Positions 39,801 to 51,197 of a DNA stretch of 64,000 nucleotides are shown in pieces. The first letter of the stretch is position 1; the number at the start of each line of letters is the position of its first letter. The DNA is from Phoronis australis. Taxonomy: Eukaryota; Animalia; Phoronida. The stretch spans positions 106,033 to 170,032 of the forward strand of contig NMRA01000013.1 in assembly GCA_002633005.1 (NCBI GenBank). The letters are read 5' to 3'. A program made the position numbers and the translations under genes. The notes below the pieces were generated by a model. The model had not been told where the DNA came from. It was given only the letters and a program-made list of their open reading frames with translations, and did not search any database.

Positions 39801-42800
39801 CTCTTTTAGTTTCAGATTTATTTTCTACATTAATTATGGAAGCAGCAAACAATAATAATAACAGTTTAACATTCCATAAAATCAGTGAAGTTACAACCTG
39901 AAATTTGAAAGTCTGAATGCTCTGACCATTCATTTGATTATCTACCGATTATCCACTGATTTTCTATACAATTTTGTCATAAGTGGGCAAAATTTAAAGA
40001 GATTTCGTCAACTCTTGTAAAAAACTACTGTATGTTTCAATCTCATAAGGCTTACTGGTCAAAATAACTAAGCAGAACTTTGTAAGACTTCTGATGCACA
40101 TTCTGCAGGCCACAGCTGCTCCATCTCTCTTTAATTACATCAGTGATGCTGTCAGAATTGCTTGTTCCTGCCTGATGCAAATAACGGGTGAATTCCCTGA
40201 AAATTCAATAGGAGACAATGCAGAATGGAAGTAGGTTACATCATAATTACTTCTCACGTTGGTTTAAAGAATATCAGAGCTTGGAAGGACCAATGACAAA
40301 AAAGAAGAAAATTTTCCAGGTGACATATCATTCCACAAGAATAGGTAATCTTGTGCGAAAGAAATGCTTTATTATGTTGTAAAATTTAACTGAAATAAAC
40401 ATCAATTTACATGAATGAAGTCAAAATAATGATAAAAAAGAGACGAAAAAGAGGAAATCCTCTGAAAAGAGGAAAATTCCAAGCCCCGGACAGTAAAACC
40501 ATTCACAAGTCTATAAAGGAGAGACAAGCACAAAAGGTGGACATTTTAATTATTATTGGCACTGAACAAAAACAAGCTCTTTTAATAAGTTGTATAACAA
40601 GAGTCAAGGACTGCAGAAATTAGTCAACAGAAGACATTCTTACATCACCAATTATCCTAAGCTTATAAGTTAGCCCAGTTGAGAGATATAGAAAGATGCC
40701 CAAAAACTTTCGTACTGAACATTTACCAGGTAAGAACGGGTACGAACATGCCTTTTGCCAAACTATTGAAAAGATATTTTATCATCATTCAGATTCACCA
40801 GATTTGACGAACAGTACTTCTAGTCTACCCCCATGCTGCACTGACAATGACCAACTCCGATTTTAGACCAAAATGTCACTCGATGTCGATTTTGAAACTG
40901 TATAGTATGCTGCCTCAACAAAATGTGAAACGACAGAAACGCGAAACATGAGGGGAGCATGGTTCTCAAAGGAAAGCAGTTTTTGATGATTGCAAAAACA
41001 GTATGTTGCAACAATATCCTTTTTGTACTTTAGCTCACGCCCGGAGGAGAGGTGGCCCTCTGAACCACAATAAATGTACCCCAAATCCACATGACTTGTA
41101 CAGAAAGATGACAGAGAGATAAACTCAAACACCAACCTCAATGTCGATTCAATCATTGTCGCGTTGATCTTGCTCAAAGCCTTCTGCCGTATGGTTACAT
41201 AATCAAACTACAAAGAAATTAAAATGGGAACACCTGTCCAGTATTAGTAATTAAAAGCCCAGCACATCAGTGACCTTGTTTGACTGGTCTTAATGTTAAG
41301 TAGGAACCTAGACAAATGACTAATATCAGCTCAAGCTGTCTTTGGAGCATCAAATATCAGCAATGGGTGAGTGCAATCAAGAAACTTTGTTATGCTATGG
41401 TTTATGCACCGTTCTACAACAAAGCACTGCTAGATCCTAGCTTAAAAATGGTCCGCTTTTGCATCAGGGGTATCAAAATAAGTATTTTATGATTTAACAT
41501 AACAGCCATGCAGCGCGTTGAAATGCGCCCAAGAATGCACCACAAACAGTGTGCTTCTATGGTTGTTTACTTGTTTCATAAAAATGACAACTAAATGGCG
41601 CAAAAGTGTACAATCCGTCTGAAAATGGGTACTTGCCATCGTTTCTTTAATAGAAACCTATTGACCATATTTCATAAAAATTTGTCAAGGAACTTCAGAG
41701 GAACAAAGGAAAACAAGAAAAATGAAATTGCCGTTATGGGGCACAGCGTTCGTTGGATCTGCCTGAAAGTCATTGTTGTCTGTTGTTAGCTTCTTATAAA
41801 CACAATTACTAAATTTAAGAGAGATCCTGCAGTGGGTTTAGGAGTTAGAGCGATGGGTGCAAACCAAACCAAAACTACAACTAGGAGGCGCCACAGTATT
41901 CGAAGTCATCATCGTCAACCGTCCTCCTCACACTGAGAACATATACGCCAACTTTCAAAATCTTCCTTAGAATGGTTTGATGATCAAGGGGTGGATGCCA
42001 AAAACGGATTAAAAACCAGCAAAAATGGCCACTAGGTGGCGCAAAGTACCTTGATTCCATCCAAAAACGGGAGGATAGCATCACTTCACCAATTAATTTC
42101 TATATTCCAAATTGACAGAAAATCTGTTGAGCACCTTTCAAGGTACAGAGGTAAACCTAAAAACTAAAATTGCCACTAGGGGGCTAACTGGTAGTCAGAT
42201 CCATTCAAAAGTTGTTGGCATCTGTTGTCAACATCATACAAATACACTCGAAAACAGTAAAAATAGCCACCAGGTGGTGCAAACTACGTTGAATCCATCC
42301 AAATATGGGAGGATAGCGTCATCTCCCTAATACATACCTATATTGCAACTTGTGTGAAAATACGTTGAGGACCTTTGAAGACAAAGAGGTAAATGTAAAA
42401 AATTAAAATTGCCACCACGTGTCACACCGGTAGTCAGATCTGTCTGAAAGTCGTCATCATCCCTTGTCAACATCATATAAATACACTTGCTAAATTTAGT
42501 AAAGATTCTGTAAACGGTTTAAGAGATACAGCCATGGGCACAAAAGAAACAAAACAACCACTAGGAGGCGCCACAGTTGTAAAAATCGTTGGAAAATCAT
42601 CGTCAGCCCTCCTCTTCATAACAAGTAGTACATACATGCCAATGTTCACAATCATCCTTAGAGCGGTTTAATTGATAGAAGGTTGGATGCCAAAAATCAA
42701 AAACAGCAAAAGTGGCCACTATGTGGCTCAAACTACATCGAATCCATCCAAAAACGGAAAGATAGCGTCATCTCACTAATAGATGCTTATATGGCAAATT

Positions 42801-43524
42801 TTATGAAAATGACTAGAGGACCTTTGAAGGTACAGTCTGAGGTAAATATAAACGTAGTCGGATCCGTCCGAAAGATTTGCTCATGTCGTCGCATCCATGA
42901 AGGAACATAAGTGCAAAATTTCATGAAAATATATCAAAGTATTTTGGAAATAGAGCAGCGGACGCCGGACGGACAGACGCCGGACAGATACCAGATGGAG
43001 ATGATGGTATCATGCCTACACATATGTGGATGCATAAAAATCAAAAGCTGTTGCACATAAAACGAAAAAAAATGATAGTAAGTTTTGAGAAAAGCTGTCC
43101 TGAACATATATTTCAAATGGAATTTGGTCACGTATTTGATGCTGTTGTTTAGCCATGAACATACCATTTGATTTCTTTTCTGCTAAATTTTACTACAATG
43201 ACAAATAAAAGAACTTTTTGGCTAGAAAAGTAAGTATGGAAGAGCATTTATTATGTGTCGCAAACATACCACATGAGGTGTGTTTTCTTCCGTGACATCA
43301 GGCTGACCTTTCTTTATGAAATACCCAATGGTCAAACCCAAGAAAAACAGTAACAAACAGATCAAGACTTTTAGCACTTGACCCTTTCGTCCCTCAAGGC
43401 ACTCTTCACAAATCCTTGACTTGGTAGCTGCCCTGTAGTCTATGGTAATATGATCAGTGTCCGTGTCACCCGTGTCCACATTGGACCACCGCTTGTACGT
43501 GCCCTGGGCAAAGCCTGTTGGCAT
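12868..43524 (-). CDS. M28B family type II membrane protein (PSMA/FOLH1/NAALADase/transferrin-receptor-like; PA, M28 and TfR-dimerisation domains), 808 aa, probably catalytically impaired
   Basis: Coding exons in transcription order: 43270-43524 ([13 protein letters not shown]...[18 protein letters not shown]), 41137-41207, 40056-40196 (HQAGT...W...YKVLLSY), 38868-39027 (AFNAYAP), 37524-37646 ([11 protein letters not shown]), 34312-34504 (YPDPHDY...GDPLTP), 33344-33485 (LPRIPVQ), 32595-32714 (YNLGPGY), 32059-32144 ([12 protein letters not shown]), 29526-29648 ([23 protein letters not shown]), 28277-28359 ([19 protein letters not shown]), 27619-27682, 26708-26861, 25971-26070 (GAGGDF), 23402-23642 ([11 protein letters not shown]), 20093-20177, 18430-18525 ([13 protein letters not shown]), 12868-13057 (to stop). 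All junctions are GT-AG and lengths sum to 2427 nt (808 aa + stop). The last exon is taken from the left duplicate copy. Confidence 0.92.
12948..17623. repeat. Left copy of a ~4.7-kb duplication (matches 17625-24060) with second copies of M28B exons 16964-17204, 15218-15302 and 13786-13881, and overlapping the complete last exon 12868-13057
   Basis: Colinear, highly similar match to 17625-24060 with scattered substitutions and indels. The junction is the single N at 17624. The right-hand copy of the last exon (17625-17734) is cut off at the N. Confidence 0.95.
15930..16633 (+). mobile_element. pearl/HINE-like (Helentron-derived) interspersed element; allelic copy at ~20820-21516
   Basis: Core units contain ccactagatggcgc and aaattgccactagggggc, followed by a ggac/cagac tetranucleotide stretch and a 3' hairpin cacatat-aa-atatgtg then gcataaaaa. 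The left boundary is approximate. Confidence 0.6.
21599..23153. mobile_element. Non-autonomous DNA transposon with TTAA target duplication (Kolobok-type AG...CT ends)
   Basis: TTAA(21595-98)|AGTCCTTGT ... ACAAGGACT|TTAA(23154-57). Absent from the homologous site in the left duplicate (~16712). Confidence 0.85.
24590..25165. mobile_element. Foldback MITE with long inverted arms, TA-flanked
   Basis: TA|GACAGTGACCACTGTC..TAGTTGAACTACA..TGTAGCTCCTATA mirrors TATAGGAGCTACA..TGTAGTTCAACTAGACGGTGGTCACTGTC|TA. Further inner complementary blocks include ttatgcctca/tgaggcataa and catagagg/cctctatg. Confidence 0.85.
27765..28045. repeat. Minisatellite, ~30-bp units built on ttagtaaaactggaRtg..ttcatt
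   Basis: About 9 recognisable tandem copies of ttagtaaaactgga. Confidence 0.85.
29010..29392 (+). mobile_element. Older, degenerate copy of the same pearl/HINE-like family
   Basis: Shares tttgccaagtttcatgaaaatcc, aaattgccact..tagggggc, ggagatacag and ggacaaacagacgg with the other copies. Confidence 0.5.
30912..31164 (-). pseudogene. Decayed THAP zinc-finger (transposase N-terminus) remnant
   Basis: With one stop and frameshifts it reads [37 protein letters not shown]...[13 protein letters not shown]...PTIFPLK. This gives the C2CH ligands, conserved P/W/F and an AVPTIF-like box. Confidence 0.85.
31312..31845. repeat. 16-17-bp tandem minisatellite (ggtatgRtcagtgaYgg)
   Basis: About 30 degenerate tandem copies directly visible. 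Confidence 0.95.
34543..36101. mobile_element. Internally deleted Kolobok-type transposon with a THAP remnant (minus) and a YQFEPE-motif remnant (plus)
   Basis: TTAA(34539-42)|AGGAGCATGCCACCC ... GGGTGGCATTCTCCT|TTAA(36102-05), a 15-bp TIR with one mismatch. Minus strand ~35670-35937 gives a degenerate THAP (CIIPAC...FFRLP*...LRKWL...RIRGRHF). Plus strand 35609-35632 reads GYQFEPEY. Confidence 0.85.
36190..36705. repeat. Tandem repeat of ~150-175-bp units
   Basis: ctgcaactgtcacattgat or a close variant recurs at ~36196, 36372, 36541 and 36687 with shared downstream sequence. Confidence 0.75.
36772..36928. repeat. 21-bp tandem repeat (atattccgcaaaatctgcgta)
   Basis: About 7 copies; they generate the spurious AEYYADF / LRNITQI ORFs. 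Confidence 0.9.
41500..43040 (+). mobile_element. Long copy of the pearl/HINE-like element with several tandem core units
   Basis: Repeated cores (ccactaggtggcgc, gccactagggggc, ccactaggaggcgc), a (ggac/agac)n microsatellite at ~42960-42990, and a terminal hairpin cacatatgtg followed by gcataaaaa. The left boundary is approximate. Confidence 0.65.
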
Positions 43525-46500
43525 GGTCAGAAATTACGGAATTCTGCAATTAAAAATAATAATAATAACCATCAACCACATACGTCTTGATATGCCCGTG
43601 TAATAAGCAAGCTGCATGTCTGGGCAATAATGGTTATAGCACGGGAATGAAAACAAGAGTCAGCGTAAAATGTAGGCTAAGCAGCGTCCAATGTGAAGAA
43701 ACGCCAGTTGAGAATTGGGTAAAATGTCAGCTCGCCATTTAGAATTTCAGGTCGCCAAAATTTTTAGTACTGTGGAAGTCCAATAGGTATGACTTGCAAC
43801 ACGTCCGATTGCAATACTAACACTACTACACAGCAGTAACCATTCTAGGTCTAGTAGGTCATGACAAAAAACGACAAAGAAACATGACTGTTACACTAAA
43901 AAATGGAGAATTTTTACTGTAGTCTTATTAATTATTGACTTATGATATTAGAAAGTTTAAGCATGTGTTTTGTTAAAGGTGTAGGAGCTAAAAATCTTCT
44001 GAAAGTTGAAACCGAGGTTCACCCGTCATCTTGCCTGACTGAAACAGACTGATGTTCTAAAAAATTGGTCCCAGACACCTTGGATTAAAACATTTTCATT
44101 CTCCATATTACATACGTCTTATACAAACGCAGTTCTCATTTGAAAGACATCGATATAGCGTAATAAAGGCGCAAAACTTACAGTTGTTCCCCAAATATAG
44201 CAATTGATGGTAACAAAGTAAGAGCAATCGTCACTCGTTGGTATGTTTCTTAGAGAAACCTTGTATACTTTCGACAAATTTGAAAGTAGATGTCTCACAT
44301 AACAAGCTTGTTTGGAAGTATATTAAAAATTCTAAAGCAATGACGCAACTCAATATGCGATTTTTTATAAATCAAATTACAGATAACATAGGAGCAATGT
44401 AAAGCAAACAATTTATGCCCACAAACATCCAAACATGCATTTGCAACTCCAACTTATCTCAAGATAAAAGCACCATAAGGGGCCAACTTTTAACAAAATA
44501 CTTTTATAAGTAAGTCGTTTTCAGTTTTGAAATATTCAAAGGTTTTCCCTTTAAAAGTCCCTGTCGATAGATAAGAACTTTTCGTAAACGTTAAAATTTA
44601 AACTTGTTTTAGTAGTCGAATTTGTTAGTACGTTGGAATTTTGAAGTTTCGTCGATGCAGATTTTATTGTGAAGCATCGGCTCATAATTCACAGAGATAT
44701 CATGGCTAGGTACTACAGCAGCATAGCTGGGGGTCCTCTCTAGGCCAAACCTCGAACGTGAAGTGGGCGGCAGGGTGACACCCCGATGGGTGAGGGCAAA
44801 CTACTGAGGGATGGCACCAACATTAGAGAGGGGGGAGGGGGCTTAATGCTGCCTGACATTGCTGGCAACGAGGGTGGAACTGTGGCGCTTGAAATATCTG
44901 GCGATAAGTGGAGAGGACAGCAGCTGAGCCACTGAAGTACTGAAATAAATTCTGTGAATCTTTATGAAAAAGTAAACCATCACTAGACAAAGTAAGATTT
45001 AACAAATAGTCTAAGAGTTTTATGATATCCCATGAGTTTGTCTGCGTATCATATCACGCTTCAAAACCCATCGGAAGTTAAATGTAAATTATTGGGGGCA
45101 CCATTTTTGCCCCAACACTAGTCTCTCCTATCGCCACTATTTCCTTCAGTTGCTACTAATTCCCCTCCGACTCTAATTTTGCCTGCGAGCAGCGAAAGTT
45201 TTTTTAATTGCCATGGTTATGAGAAGCAGATGAGGAAACCACAGGCTCTCAAATCTAACTTTGCCAAAGTTCATGAACTCTGGAGAGTCGCCAGCTCACC
45301 TGTGTGGGAGGCCCTGTTCGAGAGTGTTATTTTTCGAGCGCCTGTGGATAACCAAGATCGGCATGTTTGTCTCATAGCCCAGATCAAAGATAATACCTTC
45401 AAGATTATCCCATCCAGCAACAATCATAAAATAAGTTTTTCAGTCCTACAGCCCTTTGCATAACTTTACATTACTATACCTCAAACAGACATCCCAGGGT
45501 TTGGTACTTAAAGCATAACATCAACATGCCAATTGGCATAATTCCCAGGTCCCCAAACATGATCTGAAGTCGCTAGACCTTGATGTCAAATAGCCGGAAA
45601 TGATACCCAACATGAAAAGCTGGAAATTCAGGAAGTGTTTGCCAGCGTACCCGAGTTCAAAGATGACCTTTTTACTTTTTTGCTTGAACAGAAAAAATGG
45701 GTCATGTCTCGCGTTCTGACTAAATTTTTCCAATTCTTACTCTTAAGAGCCAATGTCTCACAGGCTCAGCTGATGAGGCAGACAATCACCAGATCAGGCT
45801 ATTCTGATTTTTGCCAAACAATTCCGACATCCATCTGTTAACTTTCAGCTAGTATTTTGGGTGCATGCTAAGATGTGGAGAGGTGACCAATGATTTCTAC
45901 CTGAGGTCGCCAAATAAAATCTGAGTTCATTGGCAACCGGCAGGTCACAAAATCGCACCCTGCGATCTAAACTAAGAAATTTTTTGTAAGTAGGAGATTT
46001 CTTCTCTGGGCAGTACATCACATAACAAATACCAGTTTTCCACATCTCCAAATTATAAGGAGACAGAACCATTCTAGGCCAAGTGCCCCAATAACCAAAG
46101 GCTTTTATAAACTTAAGGCATTATCTAATCATATTGAGGGCCAGGGGGGCGTTTAGGCAGACTATCTCACGATTTTTTTTGTAAATTTTAGAGTTTGAAA
46201 TCATTTCCTTTGTTGAAGTTAGTCACTGCAAGAGCAAGTGAAATCTGCACAGTGAATTCATTGTAATCCATACATCTACCTACCTACCTTCTATGAACTT
46301 AAATAGTACCTAAACACCGAATCTTCTAAATTAAAAACACATGATACAATGCAGAGCACGTCAAGCTTAAATTGAAAAAAATTGAACTTACCAATAGAAA
46401 GATTTTGATCACCTCAGTAGAGAATGACCAATTCAGAAAGAAGAAGCTAACATAGGCTTCAGTGGTTTGCACATATAGTGAGCATATGGTAGACAAGCCA

Positions 46501-47125
46501 TTGTTTAATTTGAAAATAGCTTTGGATCACTAACTATGGTAATTGACTAGAAAGGAAATACATTGTAAACAAAGGCACAATGTAGTAGACAAAGAACAAG
46601 TCTGAATAAACCCTTCCTTTGTCTGAGATGTTTCTGACAGACAAAAGAGACATGATCACTATTGTGACAAGTGTTCCAAAAAGTGCTTATCAACAAGTAA
46701 TTGTAAGTTACTCAGGGTCTGGTGTTAATAACATCAACTTCTTTCACAGGGTATATGACCTCCAATGTTTGACCTCCCAATATACGGTCATCAGATTCAT
46801 ACCATATTCTTTGCTTAAATATTGAAACTGGTTAGAATACAAATAGCATGGAATTCCCCTGAATGCAATTATGTCACCCAAGCTGACCCAACATGACAAG
46901 CAACATAAAAGGCTAGTGACAAGAATCTGAAGCAATTTAACAAATATTAAGGCTTTCTTAGCCAAATTGAAAAACAAAAATCTTTTGTTTCCATCTCCAA
47001 TGAAAACAAGCACGCCTTATATACACAATTTGAAAACTGAATGGGGACCAACTCAAAATTGTTTCCTGGAATCTGAAACTCAGGTGCTCTTTAACTAGCC
47101 ATTTTTATTGCAAGCTACATGTTAA

Positions 47126-50024
47126 TAGTCGGCTAAATCACAATAAAGGTCCATATTCGAGAGTTGACTGTGTTACGGTCTGAAATAATTTATTTTGGTC
47201 ACTTACCAAATACCAACTGAATCTCATTATGCAAAGAATTATTTAGTTGTGCAAAGTAGAAAAAGAATCATCAAAATCAGACAATGTTTGAGAAATTTAT
47301 GCATGTTTTTGTCTATGAATTTCATGCATTTTTAGCGTTACGAGTGGCCATTTTAAAAATAACAATTTTCAACTGTCAAGAGTAGAAAAGAAATTTATTT
47401 TATCAAGCAAGCAATTGTTTAGATATGACTGGGAATAACTTGAGTCACTTTCAGAGTCAATTAGATGAAGTTGTGCTCAATCATTGAGAAATGGTAGGGT
47501 TCATTATAGAACGGGCACTGTTACTAAATTTGTAAATTCTGTGTTTCTAACCCTCACCTACTGTAAAGAAGGTTAAAACTAAAGATCACACTCTGTAACG
47601 AAAAGAACTGCAAAATATGTCAGCCTAGGCAACACAGCAAATTATTCAATATCTAAACAAACCAAAAGTTTGGATATTGAATGGGTTCTGCTATATTAAA
47701 AATGGACCAAAACGGCTAACAAAATGTAGTGTACGTACCCCAATGTGGAATTCAGTAATACAAAGGGTCATTGCAAATGAAATTATTGCCTTTTAAATAA
47801 CAACACGGTGCTTATTATCACCAAAGAAAAATAAATGGCCATACAACATTATGCTACCATGTGATGCAGAAACAGTTATGTAGTATACGTACCCCCTTTT
47901 GTAGTGTTCGTACGAGCAAATGCCATGAAATTAAAATATCACTTGGTAAGTGGGAACATTGGTCATAGACAGTTTCCTTACCTGAAAATGTTAGGTTAAA
48001 AGAGTGTTTATTGCCAATACATTTGTTTTGAGTGAAATATTAGCATTTGTGTAGTGTACGTACCCCCTTATTTTAATTTGTGCCTATTTTCAAAGTATGG
48101 CAGATATGCACATGAATGTTGTGCTTTTTATTTTTTTTCTTTGAATTGATTTAGGGCTGTTCCAGCAAAATCTGTATGGGAGGGGGGGAAGGCACTTTTA
48201 TTTCGTACCCACCGCCCATATTTTTCATTTATTTCTCCAACCCATGACCCATAATTTTTTAATTATTTTTAATAGGTTAAAATATAAAATCCAACACTTG
48301 CAAAAAATTGCCTCCAGGAGGACCTGTTAAGAACTTAGATGATTGACAGACAAGAACTAGTTGTCTTGTCCAACATTGTCAAAAATTAAAGTAGCCTGTG
48401 AACAATACTTTTGGCAGCCACCAGGTGTCTCTGTTCACCATGTGTCTATAATTTCAATGAACATTTTTTCAATTATAAGGATCTATGAATCTCAAACTGT
48501 CTCCACAAACTCTTTTATACTTCTATGTCAAGTGAATATTGGAACTTGTTTATCTTACTCCTCATACTTTTTATTTAAAAATCATCAATTTTCTTATATG
48601 TGTCAACACCAGTTTAGTGTTGCATAACTTTTCAATTCAATAGGACTGNCCCCCCCCCCCCTCCCACACGGTTTTTACTGGAACAGCCCTTAGCAAAGCA
48701 ACTAACTCTCAGTAGATTTTTAGTATTTAGTTACAAACCTGACATGTCATTGAAATGTAGTGTACGTACCCTTGTGTAGTGCACGTACCCCCATGTGAAT
48801 AAATACTATGAAACAAAAATATTACACGGTAAGTAAGCAACACTTGTCACAGACAGCTTCCTCCATTAAAAATGCTAGGTTAAAAGGGTGTTAATTACAA
48901 ATACATTTGTTTTGAGTGAAATATTAGCCTTTGTGTAACGTACGTACCCCTATAATTTTTAAACATGTGCCTGTTTTCAAAGAATGACAGACAGATATGA
49001 ACATGCTATACATGCTGTACTTTTTATTTGTTCTCTTTGAATATTGGTAAATGAACTAACTCTCAGTAGATTTTAATTATTTTTTATAAACCTGAAAAGT
49101 CATTGAAATGTAGTAGTGTACGTACCCCTGTGCAGTGTATGTACCTTCAACCACTGTGTTATAAAGTATTACCCACAAGAATTTTTACATACAGCTGCTG
49201 TTCTCATGAACAATACTGATTATTATTTCCAAAATGAATACAGTCTGACAAAAAAATGGACATTATCAAATTTGTGGACAATAAAATGCCACACAGGTCT
49301 TGGCTAGTACTGCAAATCCTAGAAGACACGTCATGTGACAACTCATGTTGCAGCATAGGCAGGTTCTCTATCTCTCAACTTCAACTTGCAACAAACCAAC
49401 AAGTAGACGCAGCGCAAAACTCGAGACCATCCCATACATTTGTACCTTAGTCAAAATTTGACATTGATTGACTGTGCGTAGTGTACGTACCCCCCCAACT
49501 AGTACCATTTTTTACAGTTTACAAGTGAAACACTGGGCCTAGCATTGCTTTAACTATTTTGACCAACTGGTAGCACCAATAAAGTTTTTGAAAAAGTAGT
49601 TACTTGTCATTTTCTTTTTGTAAGAATCATATTGCAAGAGAAGGAAGTTCTCATTATACTGAGTTGAGATATGCAATGTATCATCCTCTAGAACAACTTG
49701 ATCAGCACGGTAATAACTTTTCTTATTTTATTATGTGATACTTCTTCAATTTAATCAAAAACTTTTTAGTTAACAGCTACTTTATGAATTTTTGCATGGT
49801 AGAAGTGGGTTGTGACCACAAGTTGTAGTGTACGTACCTTTTTATGTAACTGCGATGCATTAGGCCATAAAACTTTATTCGGTGGTTCTTGTGCAAAAAT
49901 ATGTTAGATTACAAACCTGGAATGATGGTACTTGAAAATAACCCAGCTTTTACAGTTATATGACAACAATTTTTCACCAAAAGTGGCCACCAAATATGGA
50001 CCTTGATTGTGATTTGGCAGAGTA
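47126..50024. mobile_element. ~2.9-kb non-autonomous TIR element (possibly Academ-like, TA[G/C] ends) with dispersed GTAGTGTACGTACCCC repeats
   Basis: Left end TAGTCGGCTAAATCACAATAAAGGTCCATATT versus reverse complement of the right end TACTCTGCCAAATCACAATCAAGGTCCATATT. About 10 copies of gtagtgtacgtaccc lie inside, with an internal duplication of a few hundred bp. No clear TSD. Confidence 0.7.
48154..48689. mobile_element. PIF/Harbinger-type MITE nested in the 47-50 kb element
   Basis: TTA|GGGCTGTTCCAGCAAAA ... TTTTACTGGAACAGCCC|TTA, a 3-bp TWA TSD. The uninterrupted equivalent site is seen in the internal repeat at ~49030-49075. Contains an N at 48649. Confidence 0.85.
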
Positions 50025-50675
50025 TGTTTGTTGGATTCGGTAAACAACATCGAATTTAGTCGAAGCTAAACTGAACCAAGCTTGGTCAACATCAAGGGTG
50101 GTGCACCATAAGGGGCTGGAGAGTTTTTTTAGCCCCCACTTTTTTCAGTGTTGTGCCACCCATGAACGTGGCACTAAGGTAAACTCTTTCCAATAGGGCC
50201 ATGCAGCCAGAATTACACACCAAGAACTCGGATTTTTTTTTTATCCATTTACCCTTGATTTAGAAACCGCTGTCATCTGTTATGTGCTGCAAGGGCAGAT
50301 CCAGGATTTTGAGTTAGGGGGTGCCAGGGCAGAGTATTACTATCAGCCAGGATTTTCCCCGTCAGACATTCGAACCCCGAACTGCCAAATGGAATATGGG
50401 AGAATTGTATTTGTAGTGAGATGTTCTTTGACTTGTCTCACTGCTGTGCTTCCTTGACCCCCCCCCCCCTGTGCTGACAAATAGTGACTCGGACAGTGTC
50501 ACACTGACAGTCGCTCTCACAGACACAATGACAATGACTGAATCAGTTACTCTTCTCATCTGACTTCACTTTGGGAGTTTAGGAACGACTCAGTGACATC
50601 CACGGGACGAAAGAATATATTAAGTTCAATAAACACGATCTGAACGTTCAAATAATCAAGTGGCTTTTACGCATA

Positions 50676-51197
50676 ACTCACCCCCGAAGCCTTTTTCGAG
50701 TCTTCAGTCGATCTTTCCCCCTGAGTTTCTGAGTCAGGTCAACTCGACCGATATATTTCCCTTTGATATAAACTCAACGCTATTCGGGAACGATATAACG
50801 TTTTTGATTTCCTAATTTACAGATAGTTCTTCCACAATTTATTTTTATTTTTATTTTTAATTTTTACATTAACTAATTGTGTGTATCTATAACTTGAATT
50901 ATATGAATTCTTCTTCAATATTGTGGTTTTGAGATAAGAAAAACTAGACTCGGAGTGAAGCACTGAGAAAACTGTCATTGGTCGGCATTGTTTACTGTGC
51001 TGATTGCTGGTGCTCAATTCAAGTTCGGGAACAAAATGTTAAACACACTCTTGCAAAATAGCATTGGTAATTGACTAGGAACACACGCGTGCATTCTGTA
51101 TAACTTGTAGACTTGTGCGTCTTCGCAGAAAGTCGGGTATTCAACTGGCTGTTTGAAGCAGACGATGGAATCGACGGCCTTGCTGCTCAAATCTAAA
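50676..51197. promoter_or_regulatory. Probable bidirectional promoter between the M28B gene (non-coding first exon, minus) and YEATS4 (plus)
   Basis: CpG-enriched relative to flanks. A strong minus-strand donor GG|GTGAGT lies at 50676-50681 and the YEATS4 start at 51165/51198. The M28B ATG exon has its own acceptor (ttgcag at 43544-49), so an upstream UTR exon is expected. Confidence 0.55.

Noticed and set aside
45089-46096. Possible element bounded by ttattgggggcac / gtgccccaataa
   Set aside because: Short imperfect inverted match with no TSD; insufficient to call.
47720-49840. Dispersed GTAGTGTACGTACCCC repeats as a CRISPR-like or iteron array
   Set aside because: Spacing is irregular (tens to hundreds of bp) and intervening sequences are themselves duplicated; they lie inside a TIR element.
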